Source: a virus (Duplodnaviria > Heunggongvirae > Uroviricota > Caudoviricetes). Taken from it: 10,585 bases of DNA. The notes under the pieces were generated by a model. The model ran no database searches. It was not told the origin of the DNA and saw nothing but the letters and a program-made list of their open reading frames with translations. Where the stretch lies: IMG/VR virus record IMGVR_UViG_2698536559_000013; one strand, given 5' to 3'. This document shows positions 1 through 7,299 of this stretch, piece after piece; the stretch's first letter is position 1; the number at the start of each line of letters is the position of its first letter. Both the position numbers and the translations under genes were made by a program.

Positions 1-21
1 AATACGGTGCTCCGTTGACGC

Positions 22-3000
22 TTACGTTTTATCAACCACCAACGCACCATATTTAGACGGCCCAGATGTCTTAACATTCAATGCTCGACCACTTAATGCT
101 TCGCCTGACTTACTTTTCAACAGTAACGTAAATACCAGATTGTTGGTATCGCTCACTACAGCCGAAGATGCAGATGATGTGATCTCCAACACAGCCCCCT
201 TCACATCCGTTACGGCATCAATATTCTGGCTTGCGGTTATGCGTTTCCCATCCAGAACATACTCGGCCTGAATTGTGTACTGGCCTGATTTCGTTGCAGT
301 GAACTGCGTTGTTGCCTGTCCATGAGCATCCAGTTGCAGATTACTACTGGTCAATGATGCTCCCGTCGATGGTGTAATCGTTAAATCCACCTCGCCTGTA
401 AACGCATTGTTATTCGCATCAACCAACTGAATGTTTACTGTTGCGTTTTCACTGCCATCGGCCACAATCTCCTGTTTTGATACACTCATAGTAAGTTCTG
501 CAGAAGCAACATCGGGCACAAAAGTTAACTTAACGCTGCCAGATTCCACGCTATGGGAACCGTCAGTCACCCGTGCAGTCACCGTGTACTCACCAGCTTT
601 CACCGTTGTAAGCGGAACAGAAACATGCCCTGTTGAATCAGTCACGATATTTGTTGGTACAGATAATCCTTCAGATGAGGTGATGAGCTGAATCTTTTGC
701 CCATTGACCGACGCATTCGTATTTGTCAGCTGCACATCTAATACCGCTGCATCCTTACCATTAGCAGGAATATTGGAAATTAAACTACTGCTTTCAGGCG
801 TCAGTGACAGTGAAGCTCCGGTCATATTTGATGCAAAGGTCACTGTTAACTCAGTAGACATCTGAGAACCAGCATGAGCTGTAATCACGTAAGACCCCGG
901 AGTGGAGCTTATTAACGCAAAAATAGCATTACCATTTTCGTCAGTTGAAACAGCATGTTCACCACCAACTTGAGTTATCCCTGCTGGTAAAGACAATGTG
1001 ACAGCATAACCAGGAACAACATTGCCGAAACGGTCCGCAAGGCTTACAGTTACCATATTTCTCTGTTTTCCATCAGCCAATGCATTATTTTGGCTGGCTT
1101 CAAACTGAGAGAATGTAACCTGCTGCCGGTCCTCAATAAAGGTGATTTCTTTCTTAACACCTGAGAAATCATGACTATCAGATTTAACACCGATAGTAAT
1201 CTTACCAGCTCGTTTTGAAGTTACTGTCGCGCTATAGACACCGTCTTTTTCCGTTACAGTCCCAAACTCGACTCCTTCTGCCTGGTTAAGAGCATAAAAG
1301 CTCAGAGTGTTATCACCAGTGATTGCATTTCCTTGTGAATCCTTCACTGCCAGTTGTAGATTGATATTGTAACCAACTACCTGTTCTGCTGGTGCAGCGG
1401 TTAAAACAGCACTGACCTCAGAATCAGGTTCTGTTGCTGCTGTTTGCTTAATACTGAGAGTAAATGTTTTTCCCTGAACTTTTGCAGTTACACGTACCGT
1501 ACCAGCCTGCGAACCAGCAGTCAGAACAGAGTGATATACCCCAGCAGAGATTTCCTCTACCGCGCCTAATGACGGAGCAGTTACCGTTTCACGCTGTCGA
1601 GCACTATTGCTATCTGCTGTAAATTCCACTGACATTTCAATGTCATCAGCCAGTCCGGTTAATGCCTTACCGTTACTATCTTTCAGGCTTAATACTATCG
1701 GATAAGTGGATTGGCTATCAGCAGAGATCGTCGGCGACGAATCTCCATCCAGTGTAAAAGATGAATCCGCTGTCGAGACACCACTATTATTAACGCTGAT
1801 ATTCATAACGGCATAGTTGGAAACATTGCCTCTGTTATCCTGGACTGTGGCTCCAACATTCCACGAATTTACATCTCCGCTTTTATAAGCCGGTAAAGTG
1901 ATCTGCCATGATGTGCCATTTCCACTGATCTTACCGCCAGCCGCAGTGAATGCACTATCATTCCACTGTACAGACTTGATACCACCACTAGCATTGTTGA
2001 TTGTCAGTGTTACAGGGATGATTGATTCCCCCTCCCCCTGAACAGACTCTGGTAAGCTGATTTTCAGTGCATGCTTCTTCTTGTACTCCAGAACAATGTT
2101 GTTATTTCGTTCAACAAAATCATAACGCCGGTTCTGGACTTCTCGCATAACAGCAACATTGTCACTGCTAAGCTGTTCAGCAAGGGAAACGCCCGGGCGA
2201 TAATTAAACTCAACACCAAAGGTTGTATCGTGAACGTTGCTCTGTCCTTGCTTATGCTGTGCAGAAAACTTAATCAGAGGAACTGGTGTATAAGAAATTC
2301 CCCCAGTAACTGCGTAAGGGTTTTCCTGAAGATTATCGCTTCCAAATAACCCGACATTTTTACCATAATATTTTTCAAACTGAATGGATGCCCCTAATTG
2401 CGGATAAGCAGGTAGCCATCCTTCAGCAGAAAAATCCCAGCCATTTGCGGGTCTTTCCAGATAATCATCAATATCCCGACTGTTCTTCCAGTCAGACAAA
2501 CCAAAATAGGTATTTACACCAAGCCTGAAATAATCTCTCCAGTACTCAACCCCAAAACCTGCACGAGAGTGACTGCGACTTAAATCGTAATCATAGAAAA
2601 CATTCGCACCCAACATTGCGTTATCAGGAGTGAAATGACGAATCCCCAAACCAATATTGGTCTGATTTCGGTCATCAGTACGATGTAGTGATGTCTGACT
2701 GAATAGCACATAATCCTGAGTATCCAGCCATGGATATAAAAAGTCGAATGATGAATCCTTCAAGGAAAAAGAATCATCGACATTAAGCTTGATGCGCGCA
2801 TTGCCATATTGTTGCAACCAGTCGACGACCTCTTTTGTCGCCTGAGTTGATAAAGTATTTACAGCAAAACTACTTGCATTATTATTTGCTAGGCTCTGAC
2901 CTGCACTTGCTGCAAATGAGGCCACTTTATTTGCATGCTCATCGCTGGCATAAGTTTGCGTAACATCTTTATTACCAGATGATGCAAAACTGTTTGCTGG

Positions 3001-3102
3001 GATCAAAGAAAGAGAAACTGGAGATAATATCTGGGTAACAATTACCGACCATGTAATCGCGCCAGATGCAGTTTTTTTTAACTTTTTATTCACAGTGGTC
3101 AT
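22..3102 (-). CDS. Inverse autotransporter adhesin (intimin/invasin family), 1026 aa, apparently full length
   Basis: Long uninterrupted minus-strand ORF (stop TAA at 22-24, ATG at 3100-3102). N-terminus is hydrophobic and signal-peptide-like, followed by a sequence typical of the inverse-autotransporter beta-barrel domain (e.g. YDYDLSRSHSRAGFGVEYWRDYFRLGVNTYF, FGVEFNYRPGV). The rest is Ser/Thr/Val/Gly-rich, consistent with bacterial Ig-like (Big) repeat passenger domains. Family call is from recalled sequence features; domain boundaries were not computed. Confidence 0.85.
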   Translation of the reverse strand: MTTVNKKLKKTASGAITWSVIVTQILSPVSLSLIPANSFASSGNKDVTQTYASDEHANKVASFAASAGQSLANNNASSFAVNTLSTQATKEVVDWLQQYGNARIKLNVDDSFSLKDSSFDFLYPWLDTQDYVLFSQTSLHRTDDRNQTNIGLGIRHFTPDNAMLGANVFYDYDLSRSHSRAGFGVEYWRDYFRLGVNTYFGLSDWKNSRDIDDYLERPANGWDFSAEGWLPAYPQLGASIQFEKYYGKNVGLFGSDNLQENPYAVTGGISYTPVPLIKFSAQHKQGQSNVHDTTFGVEFNYRPGVSLAEQLSSDNVAVMREVQNRRYDFVERNNNIVLEYKKKHALKISLPESVQGEGESIIPVTLTINNASGGIKSVQWNDSAFTAAGGKISGNGTSWQITLPAYKSGDVNSWNVGATVQDNRGNVSNYAVMNISVNNSGVSTADSSFTLDGDSSPTISADSQSTYPIVLSLKDSNGKALTGLADDIEMSVEFTADSNSARQRETVTAPSLGAVEEISAGVYHSVLTAGSQAGTVRVTAKVQGKTFTLSIKQTAATEPDSEVSAVLTAAPAEQVVGYNINLQLAVKDSQGNAITGDNTLSFYALNQAEGVEFGTVTEKDGVYSATVTSKRAGKITIGVKSDSHDFSGVKKEITFIEDRQQVTFSQFEASQNNALADGKQRNMVTVSLADRFGNVVPGYAVTLSLPAGITQVGGEHAVSTDENGNAIFALISSTPGSYVITAHAGSQMSTELTVTFASNMTGASLSLTPESSSLISNIPANGKDAAVLDVQLTNTNASVNGQKIQLITSSEGLSVPTNIVTDSTGHVSVPLTTVKAGEYTVTARVTDGSHSVESGSVKLTFVPDVASAELTMSVSKQEIVADGSENATVNIQLVDANNNAFTGEVDLTITPSTGASLTSSNLQLDAHGQATTQFTATKSGQYTIQAEYVLDGKRITASQNIDAVTDVKGAVLEITSSASSAVVSDTNNLVFTLLLKSKSGEALSGRALNVKTSGPSKYGALVVDKT

Positions 3103-3351
3103 AGTTCAATCAACGTTATGAATATAATGAAAAAAATAACTGGTATGACAAGAGGCGCGAAATATACAGCTCGTTACAAAAAAATCAACTCAAAAATAAA
3201 ATAAAATCTCTGCATAAACTTTATGGCTAAATGATTTCACAACAATGGAAGAAAAATTTTGTTGCTCACGCAATCAATCATTTCGGGCGTTACAACTAGT
3301 CCTAGATTATATTCGCTAGGTATACTTTATTTTTAAGCTAATACTTTAGCT
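3103..3351 (-). promoter_or_regulatory. AT-rich upstream region of the adhesin gene; putative promoter/regulatory region
   Basis: About 250 bp of strongly AT-rich non-coding sequence between the stop of the P fragment and the adhesin start codon. No specific -35/-10 elements were confidently identified. Confidence 0.3.
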
Positions 3352-3912
3352 CTATTTCATCGCTCCTTTCAGCCCGAACTTAGCTTTGATTTCTGCGATC
3401 TTCGCCAGAGCCTGTGCACGATTTAGAGGTCTACCGCCCATGACAGGAAGTTGTTTTACTGGTTCAGGTATAGCCTCACCACGGTTAATTCGTGCGGTCA
3501 TACAGGACAGTTCATCGGCAGCCTTGCGCCGTAATTCCGCGTCAGTCAACGCATTGGCCCGCATGTTCTGATACAGGTTGGTAACCAGCCAGTAGTGCGC
3601 GTTTGATTTCCACGGATAAGACTCTGCATCCAGATACAGCCCGCGCTTCCGGCAATACTCGTAAACCATATCAACCAGCTCGCTGGCGTTTGGCAGTCCG
3701 GCGGTAACGGATGCTTCTTCCCGGCACCAGGCAACAAACTGCCCGGGTGATGGCAGGAATGGTCGATTCTGCCGACGGGCGACACGCACTCCGGCGCTCA
3801 CCTGTTCCATTGTGGTGATCCCGTTTTCCCGGAAAGCCAGAACCCACTGGCGGCGGATTTCGTTCAGTTCGTTCTGGTCCCGGTTAGCCAGGCTCGCCGG
3901 GAAAGTTGCCAG
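3352..3912 (-). pseudogene. P: C-terminal fragment of lambda replication protein P (about residues 48-233); first in-frame Met is at 3810, giving a 152-aa ORF
   Basis: Minus-strand translation reads LATFPASLANRDQNELNEIRRQWVLAFRENGITTMEQVSAGVRVARRQNRPFLPSPGQFVAWCREEASVTAGLP...RAQALAKIAEIKAKFGLKGAMK, which I recognise as near-identical to the C-terminal part of lambda P. In-frame sequence above about 3913 (RANHGYKCVRCRDADI) no longer matches P. The extreme C-terminus (GAMK) and downstream sequence also differ from lambda, where ren would follow. Confidence 0.85.
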
Positions 3913-3997
3913 TATATCTGCATCGCGGCATCGAACGCACTTATACCCGTGATTTGCTCGTGGAAGTTTTTCTCGACGGACGCGGTAACGGCCTGAA
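3913..3997. other. Junction segment of unknown origin between the P fragment and the gam-proximal lambda-like sequence
   Basis: P homology ends near 3913, and sequence I recognise as the region just upstream of lambda gam (tcactaa...cctgttttcctaatcagcccggcatttcgcgggcgatattttcacagc) begins near 3998. The roughly 85 bp between matches neither as far as I can recall. Confidence 0.4.
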
Positions 3998-4079
3998 TCA
4001 CTAATCTCCTTTCCTGTTTTCCTAATCAGCCCGGCATTTCGCGGGCGATATTTTCACAGCCATTTTCAGGAGTTCAGCC

Positions 4080-4376
4080 ATGAACGCTTATTACATTCAG
4101 GATCGTCTTGAGGCTCAGAGCTGGGCGCGTCACTACCAGCAGATCGCCCGTGAAGAGAAAGAGGCAGAACTGGCAGACGACATGGAAAAAGGCCTGCCCC
4201 AGCACCTGTTTGAATCGCTATGCATCGATCATTTGCAACGTCACGGGGCCAGCAAAAAAGCCATTACCCGTGCGTTTGATGACGATGTTGAGTTTCAGGA
4301 GCGCATGGCAGAACACATCCGGTACATGGTTGAAACCATTGCTCACCACCAGGTTGATATTGATTCAGAGGTATAA
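4080..4376 (+). CDS. gam: Gam (short GamS form, 98 aa), RecBCD inhibitor
   Basis: ORF translation [98 protein letters not shown] matches lambda Gam from its internal Met onward, with two substitutions relative to my recollection. Strong SD caggag sits 7 nt upstream of the ATG. Confidence 0.9.
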   Translation: MNAYYIQDRLEAQSWARHYQQIAREEKEAELADDMEKGLPQHLFESLCIDHLQRHGASKKAITRAFDDDVEFQERMAEHIRYMVETIAHHQVDIDSEV

Positions 4377-4381
4377 AACGA

Positions 4382-4911
4382 ATGAGTACTGCACTCGCAA
4401 CGCTGGCAGGGAAGCTGGCTGAACGTGTCGGCATGGATTCTGTCGACCCACAGGAACTGATCACCACTCTTCGCCAGACGGCATTTAAAGGTGATGCCAG
4501 CGATGCGCAGTTCATCGAAAAACCCGCGAAGGCAGAGAAATCACCGGACCGTGGCAGTCGCATCCCAAACGAATGTTGCGGCATAAAGCCATGATTCAGT
4601 GTGCCCGTCTGGCCTTCGGATTTGCTGGTATCTATGACAAGGATGAAGCCGAGCGCATTGTCGAAAATACTGCATACACTGCGGAACGTCAGCCGGAACG
4701 CGACATCACTCCGGTTAACGATGAAACCATGCAGGAGATTAACACTCTGCTGATCGCCCTGGATAAAACATGGGATGACGACTTATTGCCGCTCTGTTCC
4801 CAGATATTTCGCCGCGACATTCGCGCATCGTCAGAACTGACACAGGCCGAAGCAGTGAAAGCTCTTGGATTCCTGAAACAGAAAGCCACTGAGCAGAAGG
4901 TGGCAGCATGA
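4382..4911 (+). pseudogene. bet: bet (Red-beta single-strand annealing protein) disrupted by an internal out-of-frame deletion
   Basis: N-terminal 45 residues (MSTALATLAGKLAERVGMDSVDPQELITTLRQTAFKGDASDAQFI) match lambda Bet, then the frame reads non-Bet sequence to a stop at 4592-4594. The Bet C-terminal part (PKRMLRHKAMIQCARLAFGFAGIYDKDEAERIVENTAYTAERQPERD...[11 protein letters not shown]) continues in the +1 frame to 4911. The breakpoint lies near 4515-4520 (ttcatcg/aaaaacccgcgaagg). Confidence 0.85.
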
Positions 4912-5588
4912 CACCGGACATTATCCTGCAGCGTACCGGGATCGACGTGAGAGCTGTCGAACAGGGGGATGATGCATGGCACAAATTACGGCTCGGCGTC
5001 ATCACCGCTTCAGAAGTTCATAACGTGATAGCAAAGCCCCGATCAGGAAAGAAGTGGCCTGACATGAAAATGTCCTACTTCCACACCCTGCTGGCTGAGG
5101 TTTGCACCGGTGTGGCTCCGGAAGTTAATGCTAAGGCGCTGGCCTGGGGAAAACAGTACGAGAACGACGCCAGAACTCTGTTTGAATTCACTTCCGGCGT
5201 GAATGTTACTGAATCCCCGATCATCTATCGCGACGAAAGTATGCGCACCGCCTGCTCTCCCGATGGTTTATGCAGTGACGGCAATGGCCTTGAGCTGAAA
5301 TGCCCGTTTACCTCCCGGGATTTCATGAAGTTCCGGCTCGGTGGTTTCGAGGCCATAAAGTCGGCTTACATGGCCCAGGTGCAGTACAGCATGTGGGTGA
5401 CGCGAAAAGATGCCTGGTACTTTGCCAACTATGACCCGCGTATGAAGCGTGAAGGACTGCATTATGTCGTGGTTGAGCGGGATGAAAAGTACATGGCGAG
5501 TTTTGACGAGATGGTGCCGGAGTTCATCGAAAAAATGGACGAGGCACTGGCTGAAATTGGTTTTGTATTTGGGGAGCAATGGCGATGA
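4908..5588 (+). CDS. exo: Lambda-type exonuclease (Red-alpha, Exo), 226 aa
   Basis: Full-length ORF whose translation ([65 protein letters not shown]...[15 protein letters not shown]) matches lambda Exo with a few substitutions. ATGA start/stop overlap with bet, as in lambda. Confidence 0.95.
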   Translation: MTPDIILQRTGIDVRAVEQGDDAWHKLRLGVITASEVHNVIAKPRSGKKWPDMKMSYFHTLLAEVCTGVAPEVNAKALAWGKQYENDARTLFEFTSGVNVTESPIIYRDESMRTACSPDGLCSDGNGLELKCPFTSRDFMKFRLGGFEAIKSAYMAQVQYSMWVTRKDAWYFANYDPRMKREGLHYVVVERDEKYMASFDEMVPEFIEKMDEALAEIGFVFGEQWR

Positions 5589-5767
5589 AGCATCCTCACG
5601 ATAATATCCGGGTAGGCGCGATCACTTTCGTCTACTCCGTTACAAAGCGAGGCTGGGTATTTCCCGGCCTTTCTGTTATCCGAAATCCCCTGAAAGCACA
5701 GCGGCTGGCTGAGGAGATAAATAATAAACGGGGAGCTGTATGCACAAAGCATCTCCCGTTGAGTTAA
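5585..5767 (+). CDS. orf60a: Lambda orf60a-like small protein (60 aa from the ATG overlapping the exo stop; an upstream ATG at 5579 would give 62 aa)
   Basis: Translation [57 protein letters not shown]... matches my recollection of lambda orf60a. ATGA overlap with the exo stop. Confidence 0.7.
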   Translation: MKHPHDNIRVGAITFVYSVTKRGWVFPGLSVIRNPLKAQRLAEEINNKRGAVCTKHLPLS

Positions 5768-5931
5768 GAACGAGTATCGAGATGGCACATAGCCTCGCTC
5801 AAATTGGAGTCAGGTTTGTGCCAATACCAGTAGAAACAGACGAAGAATTTCATACGTTAGCCGCATCCCTTTCACAAAAGCTGGAAATGATGGTGGCGAA
5901 AGCAGAAGCAGATGAGAGAGACCAGGTATGA
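5740..5931 (+). CDS. orf63: Lambda orf63-like small protein (63 aa)
   Basis: ORF of exactly 63 codons ([63 protein letters not shown]) in the position of orf63 of the lambda early-left operon. Overlaps the 3' end of orf60a in another frame. Confidence 0.7.
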   Translation: MHKASPVELRTSIEMAHSLAQIGVRFVPIPVETDEEFHTLAASLSQKLEMMVAKAEADERDQV

Positions 5932-6011
5932 CAACCACTGAATGCATTTTTCTGGCAGCGGTCTTCATATTCTGTGTGCTTATGCTTGCCGACATGGGAC
6001 TTGTTCAATGA
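5928..6011 (+). CDS. Candidate 27-aa hydrophobic small protein (MTTTECIFLAAVFIFCVLMLADMGLVQ)
   Basis: Below the ORF-track size cutoff. Its ATG overlaps the orf63 stop as ATGA (5928-5931) and its stop overlaps the orf61 start as ATGA (6008-6011). The core is strongly hydrophobic, consistent with a single transmembrane helix. Confidence 0.4.
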   Translation: MTTTECIFLAAVFIFCVLMLADMGLVQ

Positions 6012-6223
6012 CACCTCAGCAAGAAAACGCCCTTCGCAGCATTGCCCATCTGGCTAATTATGAAATCAAAAAAGCCAGACAGCAGTTTCCGGATAAAAAC
6101 GTCGATGACATTTGCCGTAGCGTACTGAAGAAGCACCGCGAAACGGTAACGCTGATGGGATTCACACCGACTCATTTAAGCCTGGCGATCGGCATGTTAA
6201 ACGGCGTCTTTAAGGAACGGTGA
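6008..6223 (+). CDS. orf61: Lambda orf61-like small protein (71 aa from this ATG)
   Basis: Translation MTPQQENALRSIAHLANYEIKKARQQFPDKNVDDICRSVLKKHRETVTLMGFTPTHLSLAIGMLNGVFKER; position and sequence are consistent with lambda orf61. The track ORF starts at an upstream ATG (5942), but the ATGA-coupled start at 6008 is more plausible. Confidence 0.65.
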   Translation: MTPQQENALRSIAHLANYEIKKARQQFPDKNVDDICRSVLKKHRETVTLMGFTPTHLSLAIGMLNGVFKER

Positions 6224-6225
6224 GC

Positions 6226-6315
6226 ATGAAAAACAAAATCATCATGGAGCTACAGGCTCCTTTTTTATTATTCGCATTCACCCTCAAGCGTATTAACCAA
6301 CAATTCAGGGATTAA
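6226..6315 (+). CDS. Candidate 29-aa small ORF (MKNKIIMELQAPFLLFAFTLKRINQQFRD)
   Basis: Short ORF filling the gap between orf61 and orf73, with aagga about 9 nt upstream of the ATG. No homology recognised; could be non-coding spacer. Confidence 0.2.
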   Translation: MKNKIIMELQAPFLLFAFTLKRINQQFRD

Positions 6316-6321
6316 TGAAAG

Positions 6322-6543
6322 ATGGCAGACATCATTGATTCAGCATCAGAAATTGAAGAATTACAGCGCAACACAGCAATAAAAATGCGCCGCCTGAACC
6401 ACCAGGCTATATCTGCCACTCATTGTTGTGAGTGTGGCGATCCGATAGATGAACGAAGACGTCTGGCCGTTCAGGGTTGTCGGACTTGTGCAAGTTGCCA
6501 GGAAGATCTGGAGCTTATCAGTAAACAGAGAGGTTCGAAGTGA
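6322..6543 (+). CDS. orf73: TraR/DksA-family C4 zinc-finger protein (lambda orf73-like), 73 aa
   Basis: 73-aa ORF with two Cys pairs (CCECGDP...CRTCASC) typical of the TraR/DksA zinc finger. Position matches lambda orf73. Confidence 0.8.
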   Translation: MADIIDSASEIEELQRNTAIKMRRLNHQAISATHCCECGDPIDERRRLAVQGCRTCASCQEDLELISKQRGSK

Positions 6544-7088
6544 GCGAAATTAACTCTCAGGCACTGCGTGAAGCGGCAGAGCAGGCAATGCATGACGACT
6601 GGGGATTTGATGCGGACCTTTTCCATGAGCTGGTAACACCATCGATTGTGCTGGCGCTGCTGGATGAACGGGAATCCCAAAACAAGCGTATTGCAGAACT
6701 GGAGAAAAGCGAAGAGCAACTCATTAACGAGCGTGACCATGCTGAGTCTGCTTTAGATGATATGTACTTTGCAGCAACCGGTAACAGGCCGGAGTGGAGC
6801 AACTGGTTCGGCTTTTCAGATGCTGTCGATGCCGTGGTTGACAGAATTGCTGATTTAGAAGCTAAACAATGCATTGAAGAGATGAGTAAACAAAGTTGCG
6901 AAGCTCGGGAGCGTGATTTGTTTGAATCATGGGTAATGCATTCAATTTGTATTTCCAAATCGACGCTTGAAGGATTGCGCACCGAAACTGGATACCGTAA
7001 CGCGACCTTATCAGGAACAGACTTCAACCGCATGTGGGAACAATGGAAATCTATCCGCGCTGCTGGTATTCGCATCAAAGGAGACTGA
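6540..7088 (+). CDS. ea22: Ea22-like protein, 182 aa (GTG start)
   Basis: 182-codon ORF whose N-terminus MSEINSQALREAAEQAMHDDWGFDADLFHELVTPSIVL matches my recollection of lambda Ea22. GTG start overlaps the orf73 stop (GTGA). Central region is coiled-coil-like and charged. Confidence 0.8.
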   Translation: MSEINSQALREAAEQAMHDDWGFDADLFHELVTPSIVLALLDERESQNKRIAELEKSEEQLINERDHAESALDDMYFAATGNRPEWSNWFGFSDAVDAVVDRIADLEAKQCIEEMSKQSCEARERDLFESWVMHSICISKSTLEGLRTETGYRNATLSGTDFNRMWEQWKSIRAAGIRIKGD

Positions 7089-7089
7089 T

Positions 7090-7299
7090 ATGGCTATTGC
7101 CGCAAGTTATACCATGCATCTCTATTGTGATTGTCGCCAGTGTACGGAAGGTGTATATCCAGTGCCAGACTTCGGTGAGTATATCGGTACGTCATGGTCT
7201 GGTTGTGCAAAAGAGGCCCGTAAAGATGGGTGGCGAATAAGCAAAGACAAAACACGTACTTTTGCGCCCGGGCATAAAGTTTTGAGGATTAACACATGA
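7090..7299 (+). CDS. ea8.5: Ea8.5-like Cys-rich small protein (69 aa from the ATG at 7090)
   Basis: ORF with the Cys motif HLYCDCRQCTEG...SGCAKEARKDGW in the position of lambda ea8.5. SD aaggag immediately upstream of the 7090 ATG. The track's longer version (from 6967) overlaps ea22 out of frame and is less likely. Confidence 0.7.
   Translation: MAIAASYTMHLYCDCRQCTEGVYPVPDFGEYIGTSWSGCAKEARKDGWRISKDKTRTFAPGHKVLRINT

Noticed and set aside
431-2349. Plus-strand ORFs 431-691 and 2071-2349 inside the adhesin gene
   Set aside because: They lie wholly within the long, clearly coding minus-strand adhesin ORF on the opposite strand, with no supporting signals; judged to be shadow ORFs.
3386-3785. 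ORFs 3386-3571 (+) and 3546-3785 (-) overlapping the P fragment
   Set aside because: Alternative-frame or antisense ORFs inside a region whose minus-strand frame matches lambda P; no independent support.
4108-5788. Overlapping ORFs 4108-4422 (+), 4264-4584 (-), 4689-4982 (-), 4739-5005 (-), 5268-5579 (-), 5462-5788 (-)
   Set aside because: All overlap gam, bet or exo in other frames or antisense; the lambda-homologous frames explain the coding signal.
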